Shown: positions 1 to 10,951 of the stretch, piece by piece
How positions within the stretch are numbered: position 1 is the first letter of the stretch
Layout: every line of letters begins with the position of its first letter
Assembly (NCBI GenBank): GCA_036012755.1
Contig: DASCPX010000137.1
Coordinates: 96,001 to 160,000, forward strand
DNA length: 64,000 nucleotides
Direction: 5' to 3'
Origin: Myxococcota bacterium
GTDB lineage: Bacteria; Myxococcota_A; UBA796; CAJQPC01
Position numbers and translations under genes: made by a program
The notes under the pieces: model-generated
Databases searched by the model: none
What the model was told of the DNA's origin: nothing
Seen by the model: the letters and a program-made list of their open reading frames with translations, nothing else

Positions 1-367
1 CCATGTCGTGGTCGTTGCAGTCGGTGTCGTCCTGCACAGCGTCCGGCGGGATCGGGCAGGTGGTCACGGGCGCGTTCGGGTTCCCGTGTCCGTCGGCGTC
101 GTAGTCCTCGAACCAGCCGACGTAGTCGTAGGTGTCCTCGTCCACCAGCTCGTCGCAGTCCTGGTCGAGGCCATCGCAGAGCTCGGTGGCGCCCGGGTGT
201 ATGTCCGGATCCTCGTCGTCGCAGTCCGGCCCCAGCCAGCCGCCCATCTCCAGGGCCTGCTCCTCCCACTCGAGGTCGTAGTAGTGGTCCTCGTCCGAGT
301 CGAGGAGCGCCATCCGGTAGCTCTCGTAGACCTCCCGAGAGGTCAGGCAGGCAAGCAGCATCCCCAT
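1..367 (-). CDS. Lipoprotein-like protein with MopE-related/putative metal-binding DCDD...PGATELCDGLDQDC repeats; runs off the window edge (3' partial)
   Basis: Not in the ORF track. Manual translation: MGMLLACLTS...GPDCDDEDPDIHPGATELCDGLDQDCDELVDE...DYDADGHGNP...DTDCNDHD, open to position 1. Confidence 0.75.
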   Translation of the reverse strand, partial: MGMLLACLTSREVYESYRMALLDSDEDHYYDLEWEEQALEMGGWLGPDCDDEDPDIHPGATELCDGLDQDCDELVDEDTYDYVGWFEDYDADGHGNPNAPVTTCPIPPDAVQDDTDCNDHDM

Positions 368-422
368 GGCCCGCAGTCTATCGCTGGGACGCCGCCGGCC
401 CCCCGGACGTTAGCCTGCAGGT

Positions 423-1172
423 GTGGACGAGCGGGTTCGAGAGCTGGTCGAGTCGCTGCGGGCTCGCGGCGTCGACGTCGGTGGGCTGGAAGAGCTCGGC
501 GCGGAGCTCGACGACCAACCCTGGCACGCGCGGGTGAAGGCTTTTGCCATGCGGCAGTGGGACAACGTGGTGGGGGAGCTCGACGAGACCCGCGAGGCGG
601 CCCGGCTGGTCCAGAAGGCCCACGCCGGGGAGCTCGACGATGTCGAGACCGCCAAGCTCCAGGCGCAGCTGGGCGACCTCGCGCGGATGGTCCCCGCGGC
701 AGTTCTCGCCCTCGCGATCGAGGCCGTCCCGGTGCCTGGCACGAGCGTCGTCACCCCCTTCCTGCTCATCAAGCTCGGGCTGTTGCCCAGTCGCTGGCGC
801 GAGACCTACGTGCTGTCGCGCCTGCGCGCCGAGGCCGATCGGCTGCGCGCCGAGGGGAACACCTCGGAGGCAGCAGAGGTCGACACCCTGCGGGCCACGG
901 TCACCCTGGAGGTCGAGGCCCGCGAGCTCCTCGGCAAGGAGCTGCGCCCCCACTGGGACGCCGACCGCGACGGCTGGGACGAAGAGGACGTCGTCGCCTA
1001 CGACGAGGCCCTCGACCGCTGCCGTGGGCGGGACCCCCGATCCAGACGCTGGTACGTCGCCTATCATGGCGAGATCGTTGGACCCGTGCAGCTGGCTGAG
1101 CTGCCAGACGACCTCGACGCGCTCGTCTGCTTCGAGCGCTCCGGGTGGGTCAAACGCTCACACCTGCTCTGA
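423..1172 (+). CDS. Hypothetical protein with LETM1-like segment, DxDxDG motif and C-terminal GYF_2-like domain
   Basis: 249-aa ORF: DLARMVPAAVL...PFLLIKLGLLPSRW, DADRDG, WYVAYHGEIVGPV. TAGCCT lies 6 nt before the GTG. Confidence 0.65.
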   Translation: MDERVRELVESLRARGVDVGGLEELGAELDDQPWHARVKAFAMRQWDNVVGELDETREAARLVQKAHAGELDDVETAKLQAQLGDLARMVPAAVLALAIEAVPVPGTSVVTPFLLIKLGLLPSRWRETYVLSRLRAEADRLRAEGNTSEAAEVDTLRATVTLEVEARELLGKELRPHWDADRDGWDEEDVVAYDEALDRCRGRDPRSRRWYVAYHGEIVGPVQLAELPDDLDALVCFERSGWVKRSHLL

Positions 1173-3920
1173 GTCGACCCGGAGGTTCAAGAGCTCGTGG
1201 AAGGCCTGCGGGCCCAGGAGCTTGCCGCTGGAGTAGCCGGTGGAGTCCTTGATGATGGGCTTCTTGAGGTCGTAGCGCCGGATGACGGCGTCGCTGGGCG
1301 CCGGGGCCGCGTCCCAGGCTGGAGCAACCTCGTGCGCCAACTCACGATTATCGCTCAGGTTGTTGCTGTTCTGCAGGACGATTCCGCTGCACTCCAGCCG
1401 ACTCCTGATGCGCCCCTTGTACTGGCCCTTCTTGCCCTTGAGCGCCTTGTGGTCCCCGAACCGGACGGTGCCCTCGACGTCGCTCCACGGCGCGACCCGA
1501 ACCCGGCAGACCCCGCTGTTCTTGCCCTCCTGGATCCGGTGCAGCCCGGCCTCGAGACGCAACAGGCCCGCGGCGTAGCGTCCCTTGATCGCGAGCATCG
1601 CCGGCTCGTCACTCCGCATCGGCTCCCGCAGCCAGTCGACCTCCATCTTGCGTGAGTCCGCCCAGGCGAGGAGCTGCTCGACGACGAGGTCTCGGGCGCG
1701 TCGCGCGCCGGCGCCCAGAGGCCGGACCTCCACCAGCGCGTCCCATGCGCCCTCGAAGCCCATGAGGAGCAGCTCCCGCCTCGCCCGAGCGAGGGCTCGC
1801 TCGTGACGCAGCAGGTCGTGGGCGACGCGCTCGAGCGCTGCCCGACCGGTCTTGCGGGCCTCTGTCTGCAGCGACTCGTTCCATCCCCTCAGCCGCTCCA
1901 GGCGGTCGACCACGCTCGCTAGCCGGTCGAGGTCCCGAAGCACCTTGGCCGCGGTCTCCGGCTTGCTCCAGAACTCCCTGTGGCCACGCCGCTCGTCGAG
2001 CTTCGTGCGCTGCTCTCCGATCGCCTCTTCGTCCACCTCTGCGGCGAGCGCTTCGATGGCCCCGGCGGCAGCCTCCAGCCGCCTTCCGAGCTCGGGCCGG
2101 GTGAGCTTCTGGCCCTCTGCCTTGACCGGAGCCGCGGCCGCGCGCCGCTGGCGGATCTCCTCGGTCTCCAGGAGGCGCACGCGGATGTGCCCGTCCTTGG
2201 CGTGGATCTTGACGATGCTGCCGGGCTCCACGCTGCGTTCCATCATCGTCATCGCCAGCGGCAGCACGAGCTGGCGCTGGATCTCCCGCTTGAGCGCTCG
2301 GGCGCCGTACTTGGGCTCGAAGCCCGTCTCGATGACGCGGTCGAGGGCGTCGTCCGTGACCTCCACCACGAGGTTCCGGCCGGCGATGCCCTCGCGCGCG
2401 AGGATGCGTCTCAGCTCCCAGCGGGCCACCTGCTTCACCTGCTCCTTGCTGAGCGGGTGGAAGACCACCACGTGCTGGAAGCGGTTGAGGAACTCCGGTC
2501 GGAAGTGGTTCTCGAGGGCCTTCGTCACGGCGTGGCGGCGAGCCGACAGCCCGGTGTCCGGGGTGAACCCGAAGCTCTTGTCGCTGCCCTGGGCGCCCAC
2601 GTTGCTCGTGGTGATGAGGATCGTGCTGCGGAAGTCGACCGTCTTGCCGCCCGGAGGCGTCATGCGGCCCTCGTCGAGCACGCCGAGCAGCAGGTCCCAG
2701 ACGTTGCTGTGGGCCTTCTCGAGTTCGTCGAGGAGCAGGACCTGGAAGGGCTGGGCGCGCACCGGGTCGACCAGCGCCGCGGGTCGGCCAGGGTCCTTGG
2801 GGTTGCCGACGAGCATCTCGAAGGAGTGGTAGTCCTTGAACTCCGAGAGGTCGAAGCGAAGCAGCCGCGACTCGGAGCCGTAGAGGAAGCGCGCGAGCGC
2901 CCTGGCGACCTCGGTCTTGCCGACCCCCGTCGGGCCGACGAAGAGGAAGGTCCCGATGGGCTTGTCAGGGTCGTGGAGTCCCGCCTTGAACAGCGCGATG
3001 GCCTCTACGACGGCCTCGAGAGCCTCGCGCTGACCCACGATGCGCTCCTCGAACCAGGCGCGGATCTCCTTCGCGGGCATGGTCGCCGTGCGGCTGACCA
3101 CGAAGAGGGGGAGCCCGCTGTAGACCGAGAAGACACGCTCGATGAGCTGCGGACCAAAGACCGCCTCCTCGCCGGCAGAGGCCTTCTCTACCTGGTAGTC
3201 CCGGACCTGCTCCAGCAGCTCCAGCGCTGGTCCGGGCTGGGGCCGTGAGGGCAGGAACCTGGTCGTGAGCTGGATGAGCGTGCTGCGGCAGTCACCGTCG
3301 AGCACGACGCCGCCGCGCTCGGCGGCTCGGTCCAGGCAGGCCCTGACCGACTCGACGGCCAGCGGTCCGACGTTGACCTTCGTGAAGAGCGAGACGAAGC
3401 CGGGGTGCCGCTCCATGAGACGCAGGGTCTCCGGGGTCGCCTCCGCCAGCAGCGTCAGCCCCTTGCCCTGGATGTGGGGCCTGAGGGCGTCCAGCAGGTT
3501 GTTGTCGCTCTGGGCCGTGCGGCCGGTCTTGGGCAGGTTCCAGGCGTCGCTGAAGTACAGCACGGTCTGGAAGTCGACGGCCTTCTTGGCGATGGTGGTG
3601 ACCTTCGACTGCCACTCGCCCAGGTACTTCGTGCCCGACATCATGGCGGTGCTCGAGAGCTCGACGAGGTCGCCGCCGCCCTTCGCCATGCGCTGGGCGA
3701 CGGCGTGCACGACAGCGGTCTTCCCGACCCCGGACGGGCCGACGAGCAGCACGCTCTTCTTACGCTCGAGCAGCTCGGCGACCTGCTTCACTAGCTCGTC
3801 GCGGAAGTCGACGGGCGGGAGCTCCCCGTCCCGCGCCGCGTCCACCAGGTCACGCCCGTCTTCGGCGAGGGCGTTGTCGTAGTCCGTGTCCATGACTGGC
3901 CGTGGAGGATACTCCGACAC
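1158..3920 (-). CDS. ClpA/ClpB-family double AAA+ ATPase lacking the Clp N-domain, with C-terminal peptide-chain-release-factor-like (PCRF) region
   Basis: Walker A GPSGVGKT and [35 protein letters not shown]-terminal [22 protein letters not shown]. True start may be Met10 at 3893. Confidence 0.85.
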   Translation of the reverse strand: MSEYPPRPVMDTDYDNALAEDGRDLVDAARDGELPPVDFRDELVKQVAELLERKKSVLLVGPSGVGKTAVVHAVAQRMAKGGGDLVELSSTAMMSGTKYLGEWQSKVTTIAKKAVDFQTVLYFSDAWNLPKTGRTAQSDNNLLDALRPHIQGKGLTLLAEATPETLRLMERHPGFVSLFTKVNVGPLAVESVRACLDRAAERGGVVLDGDCRSTLIQLTTRFLPSRPQPGPALELLEQVRDYQVEKASAGEEAVFGPQLIERVFSVYSGLPLFVVSRTATMPAKEIRAWFEERIVGQREALEAVVEAIALFKAGLHDPDKPIGTFLFVGPTGVGKTEVARALARFLYGSESRLLRFDLSEFKDYHSFEMLVGNPKDPGRPAALVDPVRAQPFQVLLLDELEKAHSNVWDLLLGVLDEGRMTPPGGKTVDFRSTILITTSNVGAQGSDKSFGFTPDTGLSARRHAVTKALENHFRPEFLNRFQHVVVFHPLSKEQVKQVARWELRRILAREGIAGRNLVVEVTDDALDRVIETGFEPKYGARALKREIQRQLVLPLAMTMMERSVEPGSIVKIHAKDGHIRVRLLETEEIRQRRAAAAPVKAEGQKLTRPELGRRLEAAAGAIEALAAEVDEEAIGEQRTKLDERRGHREFWSKPETAAKVLRDLDRLASVVDRLERLRGWNESLQTEARKTGRAALERVAHDLLRHERALARARRELLLMGFEGAWDALVEVRPLGAGARRARDLVVEQLLAWADSRKMEVDWLREPMRSDEPAMLAIKGRYAAGLLRLEAGLHRIQEGKNSGVCRVRVAPWSDVEGTVRFGDHKALKGKKGQYKGRIRSRLECSGIVLQNSNNLSDNRELAHEVAPAWDAAPAPSDAVIRRYDLKKPIIKDSTGYSSGKLLGPQAFHELLNLRVDSEQV

Positions 3921-4991
3921 ATGGGTTCGAGCTTCGGCCGGTTGTTCCGCGTCACTACCTTCGGTGAGTCACACACCGGCGGCCTCGGCGCCGTGGTGGA
4001 GGGCTGCCCGCCAGGGCTGGTGCTGGATCTCGCGGCGATCCAGCGGGACCTCGACCGCCGCCGTCCGGGGCAGTCGTCCATCGCGACGCAGCGAAAGGAG
4101 CCCGACACCCTCGAGATCCTCTCCGGGGTCTTCGAGGGCCGAACCCTCGGGACCTCCATCGGCCTGCTCGTCCGGAACAAGGACGCCGACCCCTCGGCCT
4201 ACGCTCCGTGGTCGGACCTCTACCGGCCCTCCCACGCGGACTTCACCTACGACGCCAAGTACGGACTGCGGAACTGGCAGGGCGGAGGTCGGGCCAGCGC
4301 TCGAGAGACCGTCGCCCGAGTCGCCGCCGGGGCCATCGCCAAGCAGGTCCTTGCCACCTTCGGCGTCGAGATCCTCGGCTGGACCGCTGCCATCGGGCCC
4401 ATCGTCTACGCCGGGGTCCCCGCGGACCTCGCGGCCGTCGAGGCCAACCCCGTGCGCTGCCCGGATCCGGAGATCGCCGCAGAGATGGAGGAGCACATCA
4501 AGTCCGTGCGCGCGGACGGAGACACCTGCGGTGGCATCGTGCGCTGTGTCGCTCGCGGCGTCCCGGCAGGCTGGGGAGATCCTGTCTTCGACAAGCTGGA
4601 GGCCGACCTCGCCCGGGCGATGCTGTCGCTGCCTGCCTGCAAGGGCTTCGAGTCCGGCAGCGGCTACGCCGGCACGGGCATGCTCGGGAGCGAGCACAAC
4701 GACATCTTCGTACCGACTCCAGATGGCGTGAGGACCCGCACCAATCACTCGGGGGGCATCCAGGGGGGCATCAGCAACGGCATGCCGGTGTTGATCTCGG
4801 CTGCCTTCAAGCCGGTGGCGACGATCTTCAAGGAGCAGGAGACGGTCGACTCATCCGGGGCTCCCACCACCATCACGCCCCGGGGTCGGCACGACCCCTG
4901 TCCGGTGCCCCGAGCCGTGCCCATCGTAGAGGCCATGGTGGCGCTGGTGCTCTGCGACCACGCCCTGCGGCATCGAGGACAGGTCGGCTGA
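3921..4991 (+). CDS. aroC: Chorismate synthase
   Basis: [45 protein letters not shown] signatures. Confidence 0.97.
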   Translation: MGSSFGRLFRVTTFGESHTGGLGAVVEGCPPGLVLDLAAIQRDLDRRRPGQSSIATQRKEPDTLEILSGVFEGRTLGTSIGLLVRNKDADPSAYAPWSDLYRPSHADFTYDAKYGLRNWQGGGRASARETVARVAAGAIAKQVLATFGVEILGWTAAIGPIVYAGVPADLAAVEANPVRCPDPEIAAEMEEHIKSVRADGDTCGGIVRCVARGVPAGWGDPVFDKLEADLARAMLSLPACKGFESGSGYAGTGMLGSEHNDIFVPTPDGVRTRTNHSGGIQGGISNGMPVLISAAFKPVATIFKEQETVDSSGAPTTITPRGRHDPCPVPRAVPIVEAMVALVLCDHALRHRGQVG

Positions 4992-5828
4992 TCACTCAAC
5001 GATAATCGTCAGTTCCGACTCCAACCGCTTCCACTCTGCCGTGTCCCATTCCAGCGTCGGCTCCCCTGGTGTGACCCGGTAGAGCCAGGAGATGCCCCCC
5101 TTGCCGGCGTAGTGGTCCTCCATGGCGTAGAGCGGGTCCGACAGGGCCGTCTCGAGGTCGACCCAGACGGCGCCTTCCTCTTCGTAGGCGCTGAGCACCT
5201 CGTCGAGGTGGTCCGCCGCCAGGCTGTTGACGTGGAGCAGCAGGACGTGAGGTACGTCCCTGCCGGTCACCTCGACGCCGAGCTCGCGGAAGTGACGTCC
5301 CGCGCGGAGCAGGTGGTCTGCGTACAGTCCCGCCGCCTTGGCATTCCCCTCCTGGTACTTCTGGGCCAGCATCCACTCGTGGTTGTCGATCGTCACCGGG
5401 GCGATGGTCAGGGTCTGCTCTATGTCCGCACGCACCCGATCCCGGATCTCCACGGTGTTGCCGCGGCGCAGGTAGGGGTAGCGGAAGTAGCGCGTGCCCT
5501 CGCCGAGCTCGGCGGTGCAGCTGTGCACCCCTTCGAGCCAGAGATCGGGGTCCACCGAGCGGAGGTCGTCGTGCCTGGCCTGGTGGTTGCCCAGCTCGAA
5601 ACCTGCGGCGCGCCACTGCTCGAGGGCCTCTGGCCAGGCGGGCTCGCAGTTGACGAACCCCACCGCCGGCACACCATGCTCGGTGAGCGTTTTCAGCAAC
5701 TTGGATGTGCCTGGCGCGACGCCTTGTTCCGGCCTGACACCGTTCCAGGGGAGATCGTCGATCGTCACCGCGACGCGCCAGGGCTCGGCGCTCTGGGCCA
5801 CGCACGCGATCAGAGAGATGACCACCAT
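4992..5828 (-). CDS. Polysaccharide deacetylase family protein, exported
   Basis: VAVTIDDLP, ELGNHQARH, YFRYPYL, VLLLHVN (NodB-type motifs). Confidence 0.85.
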   Translation of the reverse strand: MVVISLIACVAQSAEPWRVAVTIDDLPWNGVRPEQGVAPGTSKLLKTLTEHGVPAVGFVNCEPAWPEALEQWRAAGFELGNHQARHDDLRSVDPDLWLEGVHSCTAELGEGTRYFRYPYLRRGNTVEIRDRVRADIEQTLTIAPVTIDNHEWMLAQKYQEGNAKAAGLYADHLLRAGRHFRELGVEVTGRDVPHVLLLHVNSLAADHLDEVLSAYEEEGAVWVDLETALSDPLYAMEDHYAGKGGISWLYRVTPGEPTLEWDTAEWKRLESELTIIVE

Positions 5829-5912
5829 GCGTCCATCCTCTCACCGAATCCGGCATGCCGGAGGCGGGCGCCCTCTCCCAGGCTTGGCCCGCCCGCCTCC
5901 GGTGGTCACTCG

Positions 5913-7637
5913 TCAGAGACGCTTCCAGAGCTCGACCATGTCGACCTCGCCGTCGTAGGGGGTGTCCACCACCACCGCGGCCATCCCGCCGCCGTCCCAG
6001 CCGTCCGCGAGTTCGTCGCCTGCGATGTCGCTCACAGAGGCCCCGAGCTCGACGCGGCCGACGATGCGAGGGCTGCTCAGCTCGAAGGCAGCGAGGAGCT
6101 GTGTCTCGTCGACGGCCTTGGCCATCCACTCCGGAAGCGCAACGCCTCGGGTCAGGTCGATGCAGGCCCCGAGCGCCTCTTGTGCGACCTCGATGGCCGT
6201 CTTGCCCTCCGGCGCCGGCACGCCGCGAAGGACCTGGGCCAGGAGATCTGCTCGGACACGGCAGGAGGCGGTGATGCTCAGCTCGTGCTCGCCCTCGAGC
6301 GCGTCTGCGATCGGCAGGGCGCGCGCCTTGAGCGACAGGATGTCCGGGACCACGAGGTGCTCCTCCTTCCTGGGCAACTCCGCCGTGAAGCTGCGCTGGA
6401 GGGACGCGATCCCCGAGGTCGACAGCGCCGTGCCGACGTCCGTGGTGTCGCCCTCGCCGAGCAGCGCCCCCGCCGCCTGGAAGGCGTCGCCGAAGACGAG
6501 CTCCTCCGCGCGGCCCTCGCCGTCCTTGCTGAAGTCGGTGTTCAGGATCACCTCGACGCCGGGTCCAAGGTGCTCTTCTCCCGGGAGGATGTTGCCGACG
6601 AGGCGCGCCGACATCGCGCCGGCCTCATCGTGGTTTGCGGCGGAGAGGGCCTTCGCGAGCGCATCCATGCCCGGGACCAGGCCCATCAGGTGGATGCTGA
6701 CTTCCGTCGCCGCGGCGGCGCCGAAGCCCAGCTCGGCTCGAAGGCCTTCGCCAGCCGAGATCAGCTGCAGGTCGGCTCCGACAGAGGCCGCTGCGCTCAG
6801 CTTGGAGAGCACGCCGTCCTGATCCAGGACCTCGAGGACCTGCTCGGTCATGCCCGGCGCGGCGAAGGGCCCCGAAGAGGTCAGCACCGTGCTTGCCTCG
6901 AACTCGGCGCTGGCGTCTGCGGCGGCGAAGACGCGAGTCTCGCCGTGGCTGGGTGCGCGCTCTTCGAGGGTCCTCATCATCAGCGGCTCGAGCAGCGCTG
7001 TGATCGGAGTGCTCGGGCCGAGCATGAAGCAGGCCGCCACGCCGAGGGCGTGCAGGACCTCGCCAGGGTCCATGTCGATCTCGAAGGTCACGTGTTGGCC
7101 GATGCCGACCGCGCCGGAGGCCGATGCCTCGGCATGCTCCATCTCTTCGGCGTAGGTCTTCTTCACGGCGAGCTCGCGCGAGAGCTCGACTCGGCCTGCC
7201 TCCGCCGAGTCGCGGAAGAGCAGGGCTTGGGACTCCGCGGCCAGCGGGATCCCTTCGATCTTGCCCTTGACGTTGGCTCCGAACTCCACGCCCGTGCCCA
7301 CGCGCAGCATCATCTCGATGAGCTGGTGGGCGAGCTCGGCGCTCTCTGTGGCGATCTGCTGGCCGCTGTAGCGCATCACCTCTCGCGCGACGTCTTCGTT
7401 CTTGAGGGGGTCGAGCAGGACCAGCTGGCTCAACGGCAGGGCTGGGAGCAGCATCGGCGCGAGGTCTCCGAGCAGGTGCATCGCGTCTGCGATGGCCGGG
7501 GACTCTCCGGCGGACTGGATGCCCGTCGCCTCGAGCTCGGCGGCGTTCGACGTCTCGGTCGCCGCGGCGTGGGTCGCCTGTGTGTCCTGTTCTCTGTTGA
7601 TCGACTTCGCGGCGGCGGTGAGCAGTCCGATGGACAC
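5913..7637 (-). CDS. Hypothetical protein, acidic and Ala-rich, 574 aa
   Basis: Long ORF filling the gap; GGAGG just upstream of the GTG; no recognisable motif. Confidence 0.65.
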   Translation of the reverse strand: MSIGLLTAAAKSINREQDTQATHAAATETSNAAELEATGIQSAGESPAIADAMHLLGDLAPMLLPALPLSQLVLLDPLKNEDVAREVMRYSGQQIATESAELAHQLIEMMLRVGTGVEFGANVKGKIEGIPLAAESQALLFRDSAEAGRVELSRELAVKKTYAEEMEHAEASASGAVGIGQHVTFEIDMDPGEVLHALGVAACFMLGPSTPITALLEPLMMRTLEERAPSHGETRVFAAADASAEFEASTVLTSSGPFAAPGMTEQVLEVLDQDGVLSKLSAAASVGADLQLISAGEGLRAELGFGAAAATEVSIHLMGLVPGMDALAKALSAANHDEAGAMSARLVGNILPGEEHLGPGVEVILNTDFSKDGEGRAEELVFGDAFQAAGALLGEGDTTDVGTALSTSGIASLQRSFTAELPRKEEHLVVPDILSLKARALPIADALEGEHELSITASCRVRADLLAQVLRGVPAPEGKTAIEVAQEALGACIDLTRGVALPEWMAKAVDETQLLAAFELSSPRIVGRVELGASVSDIAGDELADGWDGGGMAAVVVDTPYDGEVDMVELWKRL

Positions 7638-7781
7638 GGGACCTCCAGGGGTGCCGTGCTCTTGTGCAGCTGATGTGCCGATCGTGATCTCGGGGACTTG
7701 GCCCCCAATCCGACGCCGGATCGACTGGGTGTCGACGGCAGTCCGTCAGCCTGTCGTCACCGGCTGTCACCCCCGCCGGGG

Positions 7782-9614
<1,833 letters not shown>

Positions 9615-9682
9615 GGCGCGCCCGGTTCACACGGCGCGGCCGGGTTGTCGAGGCTTGCCGGCACTCCATCAGCACATTAACA

Positions 9683-9694
9683 TGTACATGTACA
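9683..9694. promoter_or_regulatory. Perfect 12-bp palindrome TGTACATGTACA, candidate antitoxin operator
   Basis: AT-rich palindrome 16 bp upstream of the antitoxin start, followed by GGAGG (9701-9705). Confidence 0.55.
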
Positions 9695-9710
9695 CATCTC
9701 GGAGGCTGGA

Positions 9711-9959
9711 ATGCTGGACCGCAGGCTCGTGGTGTTGTTGGAGGGGAGGGACCACAAGGCGCTGAAGCGGCTCGCCGCCTCGGAGGGACGCACCCTCGGA
9801 GATCTCGTCAGGACCGTGCTCCGCGACCACCTCGCGGAGTCACGCTCGCAGGGACCCACGCGGAAGGAAGCGGTCGCCTTTCTCTGTGGCGAGCGCGACA
9901 GCGGCTTCGACTGGTACGAACACAAGCGCGAGTACGAGGCCCGCTATGACGAGGACTGA
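9711..9959 (+). CDS. CopG/RHH-type antitoxin (VapB-like)
   Basis: 82 aa, RRLVVLL...[17 protein letters not shown]; overlaps the PIN toxin gene. Confidence 0.75.
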   Translation: MLDRRLVVLLEGRDHKALKRLAASEGRTLGDLVRTVLRDHLAESRSQGPTRKEAVAFLCGERDSGFDWYEHKREYEARYDED

Positions 9960-10380
9960 GGTTCTCGTCGACGCCAACGTCTTCATGTACGCCCTCGGAG
10001 GGCCCCACACCTACAGGGACCCCTGCCGGGCGATCGTGCGCAGCATGGGCTCGAGCGAGCGGGGCTGGGTGCCCGTGGTCGACGCGGAGCTCTTCCAGGA
10101 GATCGCCTATCGCTACCGGCGCTCCGGTCGCCCTGAGCTCGGGCTGGACATCCAGCGCGGCATCCTTGCCCTCGGGCTCCGCGTCGTGGCCATCGACGAG
10201 CGTGTCCTCGCCGAGTTCATCAGCCTCCAGCTGGGCCATCCCCAGGCCAGCGCGCGGGACCTGGTCCACGTCGCGGTGATGCAGTCGGAGGCCATCGACA
10301 GCATCCTCACCGCCGACCGGAGCTTCGAGAGCCTCGGCGTCACCCGGCTCGATCCGCTCGACTTCGCGAGCGGCCTGTAG
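9946..10380 (+). CDS. vapC: PIN-domain toxin, VapC family
   Basis: VLVDANVFMYA, ELFQEI, ARDLVHVA, ILTADRSF carry the acidic PIN residues; ATG at 9946. Confidence 0.85.
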   Translation: MTRTEVLVDANVFMYALGGPHTYRDPCRAIVRSMGSSERGWVPVVDAELFQEIAYRYRRSGRPELGLDIQRGILALGLRVVAIDERVLAEFISLQLGHPQASARDLVHVAVMQSEAIDSILTADRSFESLGVTRLDPLDFASGL

Positions 10381-10951
10381 CCACCCGCAGGCGCAGGCCC
10401 ACCTCGCCCCCGGACCAGCGGGTGTCCAGGGGGCCGCCCTGGGGCACGAGGTGTGCGGTGGTGACGATCGAGGCGCCGAGGCCCAGTCCGGACCCGAGCT
10501 CGCGCTCCCACCCGAGCTCGGCGGAGATCCCCAGGCCGGGCTTGCGGGTGATGACGAAGCTGTCCGAGGTCCTGAACCGGATGCCGGCGAGGCCCAGGCC
10601 GGCTCCGGCATGAAGGCCCGGGCCGAAGCCGTACCTCATCGTCATGCCAGCGTGCAGCCCGGCCAGGCGTACGTTGGCCGGCGGGGCAAGGGCGCCGTCG
10701 CGGCGCTCGTCGGGGGAGGGGGCCCACCAGAGCTGTCCGAAACCCCACACGGAGATGTCCTCTGTGACGCCCATGCCGACCCCGGCGTGCACCAGCGGGG
10801 ACCAGCCCGCGATGACTTGACGGCCGGACCAGTTCGGGGGGTCGGAGACCACGGGGATCTCCGAGCGGGTCTGCGCGTAGCTCAGCCCGGCGCCGGCCTC
10901 TGCCAGCGGCTCCGCGGTGGCGACCGCACACAGGATCCCCATCAGGGTCAT
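10340..10951 (-). CDS. Exported hypothetical protein, probable small outer-membrane beta-barrel
   Basis: MTLMGILCAVATA leader; Gly/aromatic amphipathic strands; ATGA overlap with the upstream HD-GYP gene. Confidence 0.55.
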   Translation of the reverse strand: MTLMGILCAVATAEPLAEAGAGLSYAQTRSEIPVVSDPPNWSGRQVIAGWSPLVHAGVGMGVTEDISVWGFGQLWWAPSPDERRDGALAPPANVRLAGLHAGMTMRYGFGPGLHAGAGLGLAGIRFRTSDSFVITRKPGLGISAELGWERELGSGLGLGASIVTTAHLVPQGGPLDTRWSGGEVGLRLRVATGRSRSRADRAG

